A DNA stretch of 64,000 bases, from positions 4,402,001-4,466,000 of the forward strand of contig OX597824.1 in NCBI GenBank assembly GCA_951406725.2, in the 5' to 3' direction. Source of the DNA: Octopus vulgaris (Eukaryota). The notes beneath the pieces were generated by a model that saw nothing but the letters and a program-made list of their open reading frames with translations, searched no databases and was not told the DNA's origin. Of this stretch, positions 1-12,078 are shown piece by piece (position 1 is the stretch's first letter; every line of letters starts with the position of its first letter). The translations under genes were made by a program, and so were the position numbers.

Positions 1-109
1 GCTGAAGGTCAAAAATAAGCCAGGATATCATGCTCACATATTTGGAGTGGTGGAGCCACCAAACATCCTCATGTACACACACACACACACATACACATGC
101 ACACATCCT

Positions 110-345
110 GGGTTGTATATAACTAAATGGTCCTCTATCTGATACGGATACTCTGAATCTCCACCATGCTTCAAACACTGGTCCATTAACATCATACTGG
201 CTCCTTGACTGCGGCTAAAATATTCTTTGCTTCTTTGACTTTTCCATTCTTCCTAACTGCCTCTTCTACCCAGTTAGTTCTTCTAAGCAATATGGCTGAG
301 AGGAAATGCCTCAGGGCAGCAGTCTGTATAATAAATACAAATATG
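110..345 (-). mobile_element. Highly decayed retroelement RT relic, possibly DIRS-like
   Basis: Minus strand, allowing stops and frameshifts, gives LYRLLP*GISSQPY, then LM-PV-LKH-W-RFRVSV and IEDHLV. This resembles the RT segment YRVLPFGLSSAP...RPVLKHWR..G.RVSVYIDD.LV. Seen by eye only. Confidence 0.3.
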
Positions 346-592
346 GTCCTGTTCTCTTTCTCTCCCTCTCTCTCTCTCTCTCTCACACACTCACACACTG
401 AGTTGAAAAGTTTTCATTGAGATTATCCAAGTAATTAGTAAACAAAAACTCCTAGGTTTAAATCTAAAAACAGTAAGCAAAAAAGATGACTCCTATGAGA
501 TAATTTGATGAAATGCTTTGGACATTCAATTCACAACATAACATATGTGAATCCATACCATATTTGTATTGAGTACACAGAACACACACCTG

Positions 593-1481
593 TGCGGTTT
601 GATCAATAAGAATCTGGACTATTGCCATAATAACAAAGTTGAAACATGCAGAATGAAACCACTTCGCACAGATTGACCTTGAATTCTGCTCTGCATGCAC
701 ACTAAGTTTTAAAATTCTAGCTTACTTCTGTTGTTTACAACAGTGCTTGGAAGGAAGGTGTGCCACGCATGATTATCGCATTGACCATGACAGAGAAAGT
801 TGAGCAGAGAATCTGCTACAAATTTTGCCAAAAGATTGGCAATACCTGCTAAGAGGCCTACGCAAAGTCTTTAAAAATTTTTCATCATTCTTGACACAAT
901 CAGGGAGATCTTGTGCAACTGAAACCCAAGTGTCTTCTTGGTCAGCTGAAAGCAGTTTTGGCACAAACACGGCAGACACGAGTCTCATACCCAAATCTTC
1001 AGGGATAATGGACTGAACTGAACCATAACTAATCTGCACATTTTCTGATAACTCATGGATGGGGATTTGATGATTTCCCTCACAGGTGCATGCACATCCG
1101 CGATGTTTTTCTCAGTTCTGCTGCAGGTCTCCCAGAACGTTCATCATTATTGACATTTTTCAGACATATTGGAAACATTTGAACCACTCAAACACTTGTG
1201 TGTGGCTCATACACTCCTTTCCATATACTTTCCACCACTTTGTATAGGCCTTTGAGTAGGTATTGCCATATCAACTTTCTCAGTCATGGTCAATGCAATG
1301 ATCACACGCTACACACGTTCCTTCCAAGCACTGCTGTAAACAGTAGAAGCGAGCTAGAACATTAATATTTAGTGTACATGCACAGCAGAGTTCAAGGTCA
1401 ATCTGTGCCAAACGGCTTTCCTCTGTGTGCTTTAGCTTCGTTACTATGGCAACAGTCCAGATACTTACTGATCAGACCTTG
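593..1481 (-). mobile_element. Non-autonomous mariner derivative with ~190-270 bp inverted ends
   Basis: 593-~860 is the reverse complement of the right end (gatcaataagaatctggac... / ...gtccagatacttactgatc), with TA at 1482-1483. The minus strand encodes a decayed mariner N-terminus (QVFEWFKCF..NDERSGRP..ISYGSVQSIIPEDLGMRLVSAVFVPKLL). The plus strand begins MTEKVEQRICYKFCQKIGNT. Confidence 0.85.
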
Positions 1482-3009
1482 TATGTGTATAAAACATTAA
1501 ACAACAACTTTATAACATGCAGGGGTTTTTTTTTTCTCACTTATTTACATCACTTTGCCTTTCATCCTTTTAGGGTTGATGAAATGAAGGGCCACTTGAT
1601 GAAATCAACTTGGCCCTCCCTTCAAAACCAGTGGCCTGGGGCTAAAATCAAAGAGAATTTGTATGTAATACCAGTACTCAGCTTTAACTTGTTTCATATA
1701 TCCCTTAGAAAGAGAGGGTGTGGAGAGGGAGAAAGAAGTTCAAAGGGAGAGAGAGGGAGGAGAAAGAAGGACAGCGGGACAGAGAGAGAGGGGGGGAGAA
1801 AAACAGAGAGAGGGGTAGAGAGAGATTGTAGACCAAATGGTCTTTCTCTGGTGTTGCATACTATAAAGATATCACTCCAGACTGTTTGATGAAGTTCGCT
1901 TGGTGGAGCCCATCCCTCTCCATCCGGTGGTTGATAGGAGAAGTTAAATTCAACACGGAAAGTCAATTTATACATTTATCAATATAACATAACTACTGCT
2001 GCTGCTACTTATGGGTATGAGTTGCTTACCCCTTCCCCACCCCTTTGATACATATTTATAGATAGGCATGAAAAGTTCGTATACGTTAAAACATTAAATC
2101 ACTGAGGCTAATTACTCAACAACATCTAAAGTAAGGAAAAAAACAATATTTAAATTTGCGTTAACATATTTCATGCAACAAGTATTAAATATCTAATCAG
2201 AAATAATTATGTAGTGAAGAAAAAACATTATTAGCTAATATTAGTTTAATTCTTTTGTCTAGTATGACAGACAACTTTGGCTGAAGATGTTTCTGTCTTA
2301 TTAGACCTTCTCAGCAAAGCACAGACTTTAAAGAATTTGTCGAAGTGGTGATGACAGAAACACTAAGTAGATTTAAGCAGACTAAACCATCAACAGTTAA
2401 GCGAATGCACCAAGGACACAGCTTAGGATGAGTGACATGATATGAATTGCCAACCATTTTATCAATAATCTGCTACAACCAGCTGCGACTTTCTCGGAAT
2501 TTAGAACTTCTCGGAGGAAGGCGGTTTCTATGTAGAAGTTAAAAACAAAAAACACAATACATGAAATCTTGACAATTTTGAAATTTTTTTATCTAGTTTA
2601 GAATTTATTCTTTCATTTTTTTTTTTTATGCTCTTTTTAAAAATCAATTTCTGATGATTTATTTTATGTTTTGTTTCTTGAGATAAAAATATGGCAAATC
2701 AAAAATTTTATTATAATGATAATGATTGTTTCATTGAAATAACAGAAAAGAAAGAAAGGAAATATTCGTTGAAGTTTTGTGGATTCAGAGACATCAAGTC
2801 TTTTGATTACGCCATTGAGTACATCTATAACATTAATAAGTGCTGACACAAGTGCTTCATGGCTTCCTTGCAAAAATAGAATCTTACTTTAAAACTCTTT
2901 GAGCATTAATTTGGCTGAGAATTATTAAGGAACTGTTTTAAGAAGAGGGAGAGCTGGGATTTTTACAGTCTATACACTGAGTGGAAAAAAGGTTTTATTT
3001 GTTACATTT

Positions 3010-3043
<34 letters not shown>

Positions 3044-3056
3044 CGTATATATATAC

Positions 3057-3133
<77 letters not shown>

Positions 3134-3188
3134 TATATTATTTCATTTTGTTAGTTTTAGCATTTTGAGTTCTTTTACTACTTTTGTG

Positions 3189-3272
<84 letters not shown>

Positions 3273-3277
3273 ACACA
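3010..3277. repeat. (TA)n and (CA)n microsatellites
   Basis: Long TA run 3010-3135 and CA run 3190-3277. Confidence 0.97.
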
Positions 3278-4204
3278 AAGATATTATTGGCCATTTTCCA
3301 TAAATCCCTTGAGCTCTATACCTATAATGTTATTGATTGCTAAGTGAAATTTGCCAACTGCTGATTGGCTAATAAATTTGTCCACCACTGATTGGTTGAT
3401 GGATTCTGCAGTTATTGTACCTGCAAGATTTTTTTTTATATAACATTACACAGAGATCTTTATTTAGTTTAAATATACAAATATTAGATGAATATTTAAA
3501 TTGATTGCAGTGATTGCAAATATTACTTAAAAGGAAAACAGTTATTTTTTATTATTATTCTTTTGGAGTATAATAGTTAAAAATCAATGCAGATGGAGTT
3601 TATGGTAAATAATGAAAAGAATAAGGAATTATTCTTTACTGGACAAAAGTCTCTATATTGTTAGTGAATGGATTAACAGAATCGTGGTATATTCATAATG
3701 CTTTAAAACATATTGGTATTATAAATGATGTGCGATTACTTAAACCAAAGACTCGAGCCATGTTGCGGTCTTGCTTTGATGTGGTCTACGCCCCCACCCC
3801 ATCCACCCACCCACTAATGAAAATACCACTTCACATTGGTACAAAGTTACACGTTTGTAGAAAAGGCAGAATGATTCATTGGATCGGAATCAGTAAAATA
3901 GTGGTGTTTACTTTACCAAAACCCTGGAAGATGACAGACAAGTTAAACCCTGGAGTGATTTGAACATTGAATACTGAGAGAAATCTTTTAACCTACCATC
4001 AAGAATTTGTTCAATGTTTTGCTGTTTTCTGCTCCTCCATTGCTTACAGTCCTGATTAAACTGGTCCAGTAAAAGCAGAGTGTATTCGGTAGGGAAACAA
4101 CACAGCACTGGAAATAGAATATGAACCACATACATTCTGCTTAGCAAACCACTTGCTTATATGAAAATAAATAATCATAACAAAAAAGATATTCTTAAAA
4201 TAGA

Positions 4205-4665
4205 AACATCATCATCATTGTTTGACCGTGGTTGAGACAATAGAATTTACTATGTTACGCTAGACTTCACAGTCCATCATAGCATCACGGATGTCCTGTT
4301 GCTTGATGCCTGTATCCCTGGAGATTACATCAGGGTAGGAGAGTGTGCGCCCTCTGGTATCATGAGCAGATGGCTTCCAGAGGAGAAGAGTAGAAATTAC
4401 CTCGTTTTCAGCTCTACAACAATGTCCAGCAAACTGGACTCTCCTACCTTTCACAAGAGATGATACAGGTAGTAGTTTCCCATATATTTGTACTTTGGTT
4501 GGATGGCGCTTCCATGAGAGATTTTTAGCTCTCATAAGGAGGCGAGTGTAAGTTCCATCCAACCACCTCTCAAGCTTCTTTGATAACGTCCAGGTTTCTG
4601 AGTCATATAGTAGAATTGGTTCAACTGTGGCTTTGAAGATTTTAAGTTTTTAAGTCTTCATACAG
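4205..4665 (-). mobile_element. 5'-truncated RTE/RTEX-type LINE 3' end
   Basis: Minus strand reads KIFKATVEPILLYDSETWTLSKKLERWLDGTYTRLLMRAKNLSWKRHPT...RRVQFAGHCCRAENE...GRTLSYPDVISRDTG, typical of an RTE C-terminus, and ends in a (GAT)n tail. Confidence 0.85.
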
Positions 4666-5294
4666 AAACAAGAAGATATAGGTTATACATACAACCAGAT
4701 CTAGTAAACTAGGTTGACACAAGCTCTGTTTGCTTATGCCACAAATGTCCATGGGAAAAGCATGAATACTACAACATCCTAAAATATTCCACAAATTTCC
4801 CTTTTCTACCCTATCAAAAAAGAAAACAAATCATGTTGTGTTCCCCCAGGTAAAAACTCAAAAAATTAAAAACTTAGAGAGAGGAAAGATGTGAAGAATA
4901 GGTATTATAATAATGAGAAAAATGAAAAGAAAAATATTCCTCAGGAAAATTGAACTTTTAGTTGACATACCTATTTAAAAAAACAACTCAATAGTGGATG
5001 TTTTTATATGAGACAAGACTACCAAAGCAAATTAAGCAAAATTTCTCTAATTCTCTCTCTTTCTCATATATGTGCAAGCATATGTAGCTAACATGCATAA
5101 TATACATATTATAAAAGAGAAGCTGATCTCCATATCTGTAACAACACTTGTGTACAGAGAAGAAAGAAGGGGAGGAAAATGTGTTGCGAGAGAAATACAG
5201 TGAAAGAGTGAGAGAGAAAGAGAGAGAATGTGTGTGTAAGATAGAGAGAGAAAGAAAAATAATAGGTCGTGTTATCAACTTAGTAACTAACAAG

Positions 5295-5482
5295 TTTTGA
5301 TTAAAAACATGGGAATTTTAAGTGCAAGTCTGTCAACACAACAGACTTCAAAAGTCACGAGGCCAAACATCCCTAAAAGTTTCATCCGAATCCATCCAGC
5401 AGTTTTTGAGATATCTTGTTCATGGACAAACAAACAAACACAACTGAAAACAAAACCTCTGCCTTCACTAAGGCGGAGGTAA
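5295..5482 (+). mobile_element. Helentron-associated non-autonomous element (HINE-like)
   Basis: aagtttcatccgaatccatccagcagtttttgagatatc core, (ACAA)n tract, and terminal palindrome acctctgcctt-cact-aaggcggaggt. Confidence 0.6.
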
Positions 5483-5699
5483 TAATAATAATAACAATAA
5501 TCAGCACTGCACACATTCTACATAAAACACTTTCAACACAATAACAATAAGAGCATCACAACAAACCACAGCACATACTCAAGGCAGACAGAGGATGAAA
5601 AACAAATTCAATCTCAACGTAATTTCAATTCAAAATGTGTAAAGGGCCAGGTAAAATGCTGCAAAGCATTTCGTCTGATTCTGTCAACTCACAAATTCT

Positions 5700-5830
5700 G
5701 GCCCAAGGAAGGGGTTAATCAATTACATCAACCCCAGTTCTTGAGACATACTTTATTTTACTGACTCCAAAAAGACGGAAGGCAAAGTTGACAATGACAG
5801 GATCTGAACTCAGAATGTAAAAAAGCCAGA
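5700..5830 (-). mobile_element. SINE family B fragment
   Basis: Matches the gaaggcaaagt(c/t)gac...gaactcagaa core of the full copies at 24757, 26697 and 39815. Confidence 0.7.
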
Positions 5831-6079
5831 GATTGCATGTATAACTTTCTGCAGACCTTCATTTAACTGTTAACTGATTCAAGCCATGTGTCGTAGGTTG
5901 AAAGCAGCATATTCTGATATTGAGAACATGGAAAGCTTATTGCAAGAGATATCAACTGTTTCAACTGACAGTTTCCCCGGAAGTGCAGAATTACCGAGAA
6001 CAACATTTTCATTAATAAGCAGAACACGACTGAAATTGGAGAGGTAAAACAACATTTTCAAAACCTAACAATAAATATT

Positions 6080-6620
6080 CATGATGGAACAAGATTTTCG
6101 TTTTTATTTCTCTCACCACATTCCTATCAAACAGCTGAGATTTGTCAGCCATGCTTCTGTCCTTATGCAATCCAACGAGAAAAATCAGCATGCAAACCAT
6201 CAACATGCAATTCAGACTTTGCTAACTGTGCATCAAGACTTCAACATCAAAATGGCCCCTTTTTCTCAGGCAAAACAGGCTCTCTTCCTTTTTACCTTTT
6301 ACAGAATATTTCAAGGAATACGTGAGCTTTTTTTTTCTTTTTTTTTTGTCCCTTTATTAGAAAGACTGAGAAAAAAATCACAGCCCAGTTGTTAATCCAA
6401 AATTTCTTTTTGATATTTATAAAACATATAAACATTCTACTCTTGCTCCAAATATCCGACAGTTCTACCATTACCAGAACTGACTCTACAAGACACTAGT
6501 TTGTTTCATTCTAGATCTGCTTTCACTAGCAACCCAATAAACTCTCTTCTCAAGAAAATAACTTAATATTCCTTAAGTACTGGTGTCTTTCAAAAGTCAG
6601 AGCTTCACTCATGATATTAA
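6080..6620 (+). mobile_element. Very decayed CR1/Jockey-like LINE 3' region
   Basis: MAPFSQAKQALFLFTFYRIFQG resembles the LINE C-terminal motif L.PLSHRR.VASLSLFYRY.HG. Downstream RTDS and SFKSQ are also LINE-end-like. Weak. Confidence 0.3.
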
Positions 6621-6838
6621 CCAGAAAAAGGATACATCCTTCTATAAACAGGGTACCTGACTATCTCAGGTGACATCTTCAGATGGACACACCATTTCTT
6701 CATGGCATCTTAATCCACTGCACCGTGTGTATGGCAATGCAGAATATTCAAGAAACACATTTAAAAATAGTAATTTTCTAATTTATAGATCAGTGACTAG
6801 TTGTCACTTTCAAAACTATATATTTTGAATGGGAATTT

Positions 6839-6857
6839 GGCAGCGCCACCTCTAGCC
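6839..6857. promoter_or_regulatory. CTCF-like motif
   Basis: ggCAGCGCCACCTCTAGCc approximates the CTCF core consensus (reverse complement of CCACYAGRKGGCGCTG). It sits directly upstream of the structured element. Confidence 0.35.
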
Positions 6858-6867
6858 GAACAATTAT

Positions 6868-7112
6868 TCAGTGCTGATAAAGAGAAATAACCCAGAAATC
6901 ACAATACACAGATATTGTTTTGAGCTGGGTTAGGGTGCTAGATTCCCTTGTTTGAAAATATAAGGACACAAATTGTGTCGTATATCCAACTGGAGACGAT
7001 GTCTCCTGGGGCTAAATTACAGCAACATTAGTCCTAAACCAGGACTGCCATGTTATGTTGGCAAACAATCTTTGCTACATATTTCCTGCTTTGCATCTTC
7101 TCTCAGCACTGA
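6868..7112 (+). ncRNA. Unclassified multi-hairpin element, copy 1 (candidate structured RNA)
   Basis: Closed by a 10-bp inverted repeat tcagtgctga/tcagcactga. Internal stems: taacccag/ctgggtta, aggg/ccct, gacaca/tgtgtc, ggagac/gtctcc, agtcct/aggact, tgcca/tggca. Homologous to 29847-30097. Confidence 0.5.
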
Positions 7113-7586
7113 TCATATTCTATCTTGAAAATTTGACTCAAATAGGAATAACTTTTGAAGATACTCTGTAATAATACATAATCGTATTGTCAGATCTTTA
7201 TCATTTATCTCCATAAACGACAGCTTAAAAGTAAGCTAATGAGGCATCCTAAATGTTGCTGTCCAATCTGCCCAATACAGCAGCCAAATTTCTCAAATCA
7301 CAAGTGACAGTCTTAATAATAAGAAGGACGCATTCAATCCTGGATGCCTGTATGAAGAAAAAAGACATGAGGTCATAACTGGAATGTCTTTGATCATGGT
7401 TTTGCTTCTTCAGAAATGATATGCGGCTAAGCAACTTACAGAGTTATGCTGACTGAAGTCAGTCCTTTAATCAAACTCCCTAATTTATAGAGGACTAATT
7501 ATTTGATGACATTTAAATACCAAGAACACATCTTTTTTCTTCCCCCAACCCATGCCACGAGGTCTCACATTCCGCCCCCACCCCAC

Positions 7587-7653
<67 letters not shown>

Positions 7654-8647
7654 TCATTTCTACAAACAGTGGGAATCTTTTGTTCTCCATTGATGACCAG
7701 ACTTGCTCACAATTAAGTAAACTCAACAAATTACCTTGTCATAAAGCAGATCATGTCTTCACTTGTTCCCATTCGAAAGACTGCTACGTCTTCTTTCCTC
7801 TTCAGATTGACTGAGTACAGCGACCAGAATAAGTTGTTATCTGGTGGCCCACATATCTCAGTCCATGGAGCATAATTTCGCCTTAACAAAACAAAATGTA
7901 TTATCACTTTTAGCAATATTTGAAACTATAAACGACTGGCTATGAGACTTGCAACGTTAGTTTATAATCAATACTTTCACTTTCTCTTTCTACCCTCTTC
8001 CTCCCTCCCCCCTCTCTCTCTCTCCCTCTCCTTCAATCTCCCTTTGCTTCACTCAAACACTAATTCTCCCACACAAATACATCACGTAATTGGATTACTA
8101 TTAACATAGATGTAAGTATGTACATATATAACGTCGGAAGACAATTCCCATGTAGATTGCATCAATTTATGCATAATTTATATATAAATTGCATGGGCGT
8201 ACATTTGCGAGTAGGTTCGAAACTTGTACACATTTTGGAAGATTGATGTAAACAGAAATTAGTCTGGAAGTCATTAAGAGGACAAAACAAAAAAAAGCAT
8301 AAGAAAAAATGAGTCACCTTTTCAAAGAGAATTATTAAAAAGTATGAAACAGGAACAAGAAATAAACCACCCTTGTGCTATATGACATCATGAAGGAAAC
8401 AACCAATCAACACGCAGCATTTAAGCCAGATGTAAGTTTAGAAGAAGGCTACAGGGAGACGTAATGTTAGGGATAATTTCTAATATTTTTTAAAAAGACG
8501 CAAATTCATAACAAATTTACTAAATTTTAAGATGAATAATTAACGAATTGACAAGAAAAATATGGCTCTGTAACGATATCTTATAATTGATTACTTCCTC
8601 TATTTAGTGCTTTACTTAGAATTGATATTGCACTATAATGGTTTCAA

Positions 8648-8790
8648 AGTTTGGCACAAGACCAGCAATTGGGGCGGGGGGGAGAGTGGTAAACCAATTA
8701 CACCGACCCCAATGTTCATCTGGTACTTATTTTGTTGACACTAAAAGGATGAAAGGCAAAGTCGACCTTCATGGAATTTGAACTCAGATT
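8648..8790 (-). mobile_element. SINE family B
   Basis: ctggtacttattt...aaaggatgaaaggcaaagtcgacc...ggaatttgaactcag, containing the reverse complement of B-box GAGTTCAAATTCC. Confidence 0.8.
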
Positions 8791-8868
8791 CTGTCAGTTT
8801 ACTGCCCTATATTGTGTAATAACAACAGCAAGAGTTATAAAAAGTAAAGAAAAAATAGCACGTTGAAA

Positions 8869-8869
<1 letters not shown>

Positions 8870-8956
<87 letters not shown>

Positions 8957-8965
8957 ATGTGTGTG
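8870..8965. repeat. (GT)n microsatellite
   Basis: Near-perfect GT run. Confidence 0.97.
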
Positions 8966-9624
8966 TAAGAGGTAGAGAGAGCGAGAGAGGAAGTTAGAGA
9001 GAATAGGTAACAAATAAAAAATACAAATGGAATTAATGGCCCCATGAGCTCCAGAGGTTTGTGAAGGGATTAAAATAATATATTAAGATTGTGCCCACAT
9101 GAACACACACACAAAGTATGGATGCGTGTGACAGTGTATGTGTGTATTTTTAAATATAAACAATTTTAAAAAGAAACAGTTAAAGAATAAATTATTTCCT
9201 ACTTCCCATAGAATTCGAAAGCATGCAGTAACATTTTGGAGATACAATTTTAAATGAGGAATTTAACTACCCATAGTATTTCTCTAAATAGTACTTATCC
9301 ATTGTTACCCTAGAGAGACAAGAGAGAGAGTAGGTAAAGTTTTGTGTATGTCTGTGTATGATTGAATAAGAGGGAGAGAGAAAAAAACTGAAGAAAACTG
9401 ACATTTCTGTGCCTCACACTAACACTCCTAATCTACTACCACTCTATTACAACTACAGGTTTTCCAGTATAACTTTCCTTGAATCCTGTTTTAGCTTCCT
9501 TGCCAGTGGGCATCAGACCTATGATTTTTTTTTTAATGCATTATTTTGAGATAATTTTGCATTTGTGCTCAAATTTTGAAATTTTGAAAAATTTTAGAAA
9601 AGATTTTCTTAGAAGTGGTGACAT

Positions 9625-9987
9625 TCTCTTTTACTCTCTTTTACTTGTTTCAGTCATTTGACTGCGGCCATGCTGGAGCACCGCCTTTAATCGAGCAACT
9701 TGACCCCGGGACTTATTCTTTGTAAGCCCAGTACTTATTCTATCGGTCTCTTTTGCCGAACCGCTAAGTGATGGGGACATAAACACACCACCATCAGTTG
9801 TCAAGCAATGCTAGGGGACAAACACAGACACACAAACACACACATATATATATATATATACATATATACGGCGGGCTTCTTTCAGTTTCCGCCTACCAAA
9901 TCCACTCACAAGGCTCTGGTCAGCCTGAGGCTATAGTAGAAGACACTTGCCCAAGGTGCCACGCAGTGGGACTGAACCCAGAACCAT
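9625..9987 (-). mobile_element. tRNA-derived SINE family A (CORE-like centre, internal TA/CA tract), 5'-truncated
   Basis: Reverse complement closely matches the full copy at 34188, with B-box-like ggttcagtccc and (GTAAAAGA)n tail. Confidence 0.9.
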
Positions 9988-10516
9988 TGTTTCAAGATTT
10001 AAAAAAAAAAAACATCAACAAATATATGTGTCCATGTCTGTTGCTTTATGCATGTCTATACATATAATTTCAGTTCTTGTATCTGCTGTAGCTGCTCACT
10101 CTTCTCTTTTATATCTTCACCTCTCTTCTCATCTTCCTTAATTTCTTGTCATAGACTATTACACATTTTGCCTTCAATTCTGGCCATTCCTGAAAGCTAA
10201 TCCTATCTCCCACCTTCTCTCCCTATTCCTCTGTGTTTGTGTATCTGCAGTCATGTTATCAAATATACATATGTAAGTGTATATATATATAAACACACAC
10301 ATGTATGTATGTGTATATATACATATATACCTATATATATGCTCGAAATGAGGAGTAGACAGACAGCTGATAACTGATGAAGGGTATTTTCTCTGTGTTT
10401 ACTTGCCCTGTTTTCCATTTCTTCTCATTGTTCACGTATTTCATTCATTTTCCCCTTGTTTGTTTATGTATTTCATGTTATTTGCACTGCTGGTGACATC
10501 ATGTACCCATATACAC

Positions 10517-10556
<40 letters not shown>

Positions 10557-10699
10557 GTACATATACATATACACATACATATATATAAAATATAAATCTT
10601 TGAGTGTGTGTGCATATATATATATATATCTGTGTGTGTGTGTGTCCAACCCATGCCAGAATGGACATTGGACATTAAATGATGATGACAATATGTATA

Positions 10700-11060
10700 T
10701 CTATATAAACATGACCGCATCCACATACACGTCTTTTTGTCTTTGTCTCTGGCCTCCTTTCCCAACCATCCCTCTCATCTCCAACCCCATTGACCAGGCA
10801 CTCACCATTTAAACTGACCAACATTTCGATGTTGCTTTGATCACTGCTCCCCCTACATTTTGCTTCTTACCACTGTACATCTCCCAAATTATTTACATCA
10901 TCACAGAGACTGGCTTACCCTGCACCAAACATCCACCCTGTATTGCCATATTCTCATATGCAATTTTGTGGCCAGTGATAAGACCTTAACTTTTTTTCTC
11001 TCTGATGAAGGCCAAGTGCCCATAACAAAGTTCTCTTGTTTGATTAAACATATTCTCAAT
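10700..11060 (+). mobile_element. Penelope-like element 3' end relic with degenerate hammerhead core
   Basis: Pyrimidine-rich tract followed by CTGATGA-aggccaagtgccc-ATAAC (GAAAC mutated) at 11002-11026, then ATTAAA. Confidence 0.35.
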
Positions 11061-11077
11061 CTGAAGGCTGACCACAG

Positions 11078-11087
11078 CTACTACTAT

Positions 11088-11145
<58 letters not shown>

Positions 11146-11160
11146 GCTACTACTACTACT
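11078..11160. repeat. (TAC)n microsatellite
   Basis: Direct reading. Confidence 0.95.
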
Positions 11161-11674
11161 TTGTATTAATGCTATAGTTGTTTTAATATAATAAAATGTG
11201 GGGGGAGGGGGTAAATAAATTAATGAAACCAAAAAGACAGAAATATATGACAGCATTTAGAACACACCACCCGAAAGGCAAACTATGTAACAGCCAATAT
11301 TTACCCAGGGATGAGAGTGGAAGGAAATTCCTTACAATTACAAAACCTATTATACCATAGACCACTGGGTTTACATAAATACACAGCAGAAAATAATAAC
11401 AGATTGTTTGTCTTTATTAAGGAATATGAAAAATGTTTCTTTTACTTTCAAGCAGGGACGAAATGATAAATAAACGAAATGCTTAGAAGAGGTGGGGTTC
11501 AAAATGAAGAGAGAAAATCCTTAGAAGAAACAAAGTAAAAATAAAAATGAAATTTAGAACAAAAGTGCAGAGGAATTTACTGTATGAATGGTAAGATATT
11601 CTCTGCAAGGTCTGTCCTTTTTTAAGAACTGAAAGAGCCAACATAAACTACCTAACAAAGGTACTGCTATGTAG

Positions 11675-11860
11675 CTACTGAACCTGCTAGAAATAGCAGT
11701 AAGCCTTTCTCAAATTCTTACCACCTACTGTCTTGGAAAAGAAAGGAGACACTGGGCAAGACTTTGGTATGTAACACAGATGTAACAGTCATGGCTAGAA
11801 AATGTTTGATTATAGTTCTGCTCAATCAGAGATAATTTAAGACACAGTAACAATAACTAA
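11675..11860 (+). mobile_element. SINE-like interspersed repeat family D
   Basis: aacctgctagaaatagcag...ctcaaat...gtcatggctagaa...tttgattatag.tctgctcaatcag. Related copies near 7285, 19310, 23285, 34095, 34610, 43268, 43985, 44430, 54430, 58165 and 60530. Confidence 0.7.
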
Positions 11861-11877
11861 GAACTACAAAATCTGGT

Positions 11878-12078
11878 TGAACCCTTTTGACATCAGACTA
11901 ACTGAGACTACCCTGCTTCCAAAGTGATCTAAATTCAAACCTTCTATCAAAATTTCAAGTGAATCTACAAATTTCAGTTTAATTATGACAAAGTTATTTT
12001 ACAAAATTCTCCCTCATTTTCAGAATTAATTGAAAGAAAAAGTGTTTGTCAACAGAAAAATGGTAACAAAAGAGTTAG
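11878..12078. mobile_element. piggyBac-type MITE
   Basis: Ends tgaa-ccctttTGAC...GTAACAAAAgag-ttag, a decayed form of TTAA-CCC...GGG-TTAA with short TIRs. Confidence 0.5.

Noticed and set aside
6927-6935. GGGTTAGGG (reverse complement CCCTAACCC) as a possible telomerase RNA template in the structured element
   Set aside because: Not conserved in copy 2, and on the strand opposite to the one favoured by G-U pairs.
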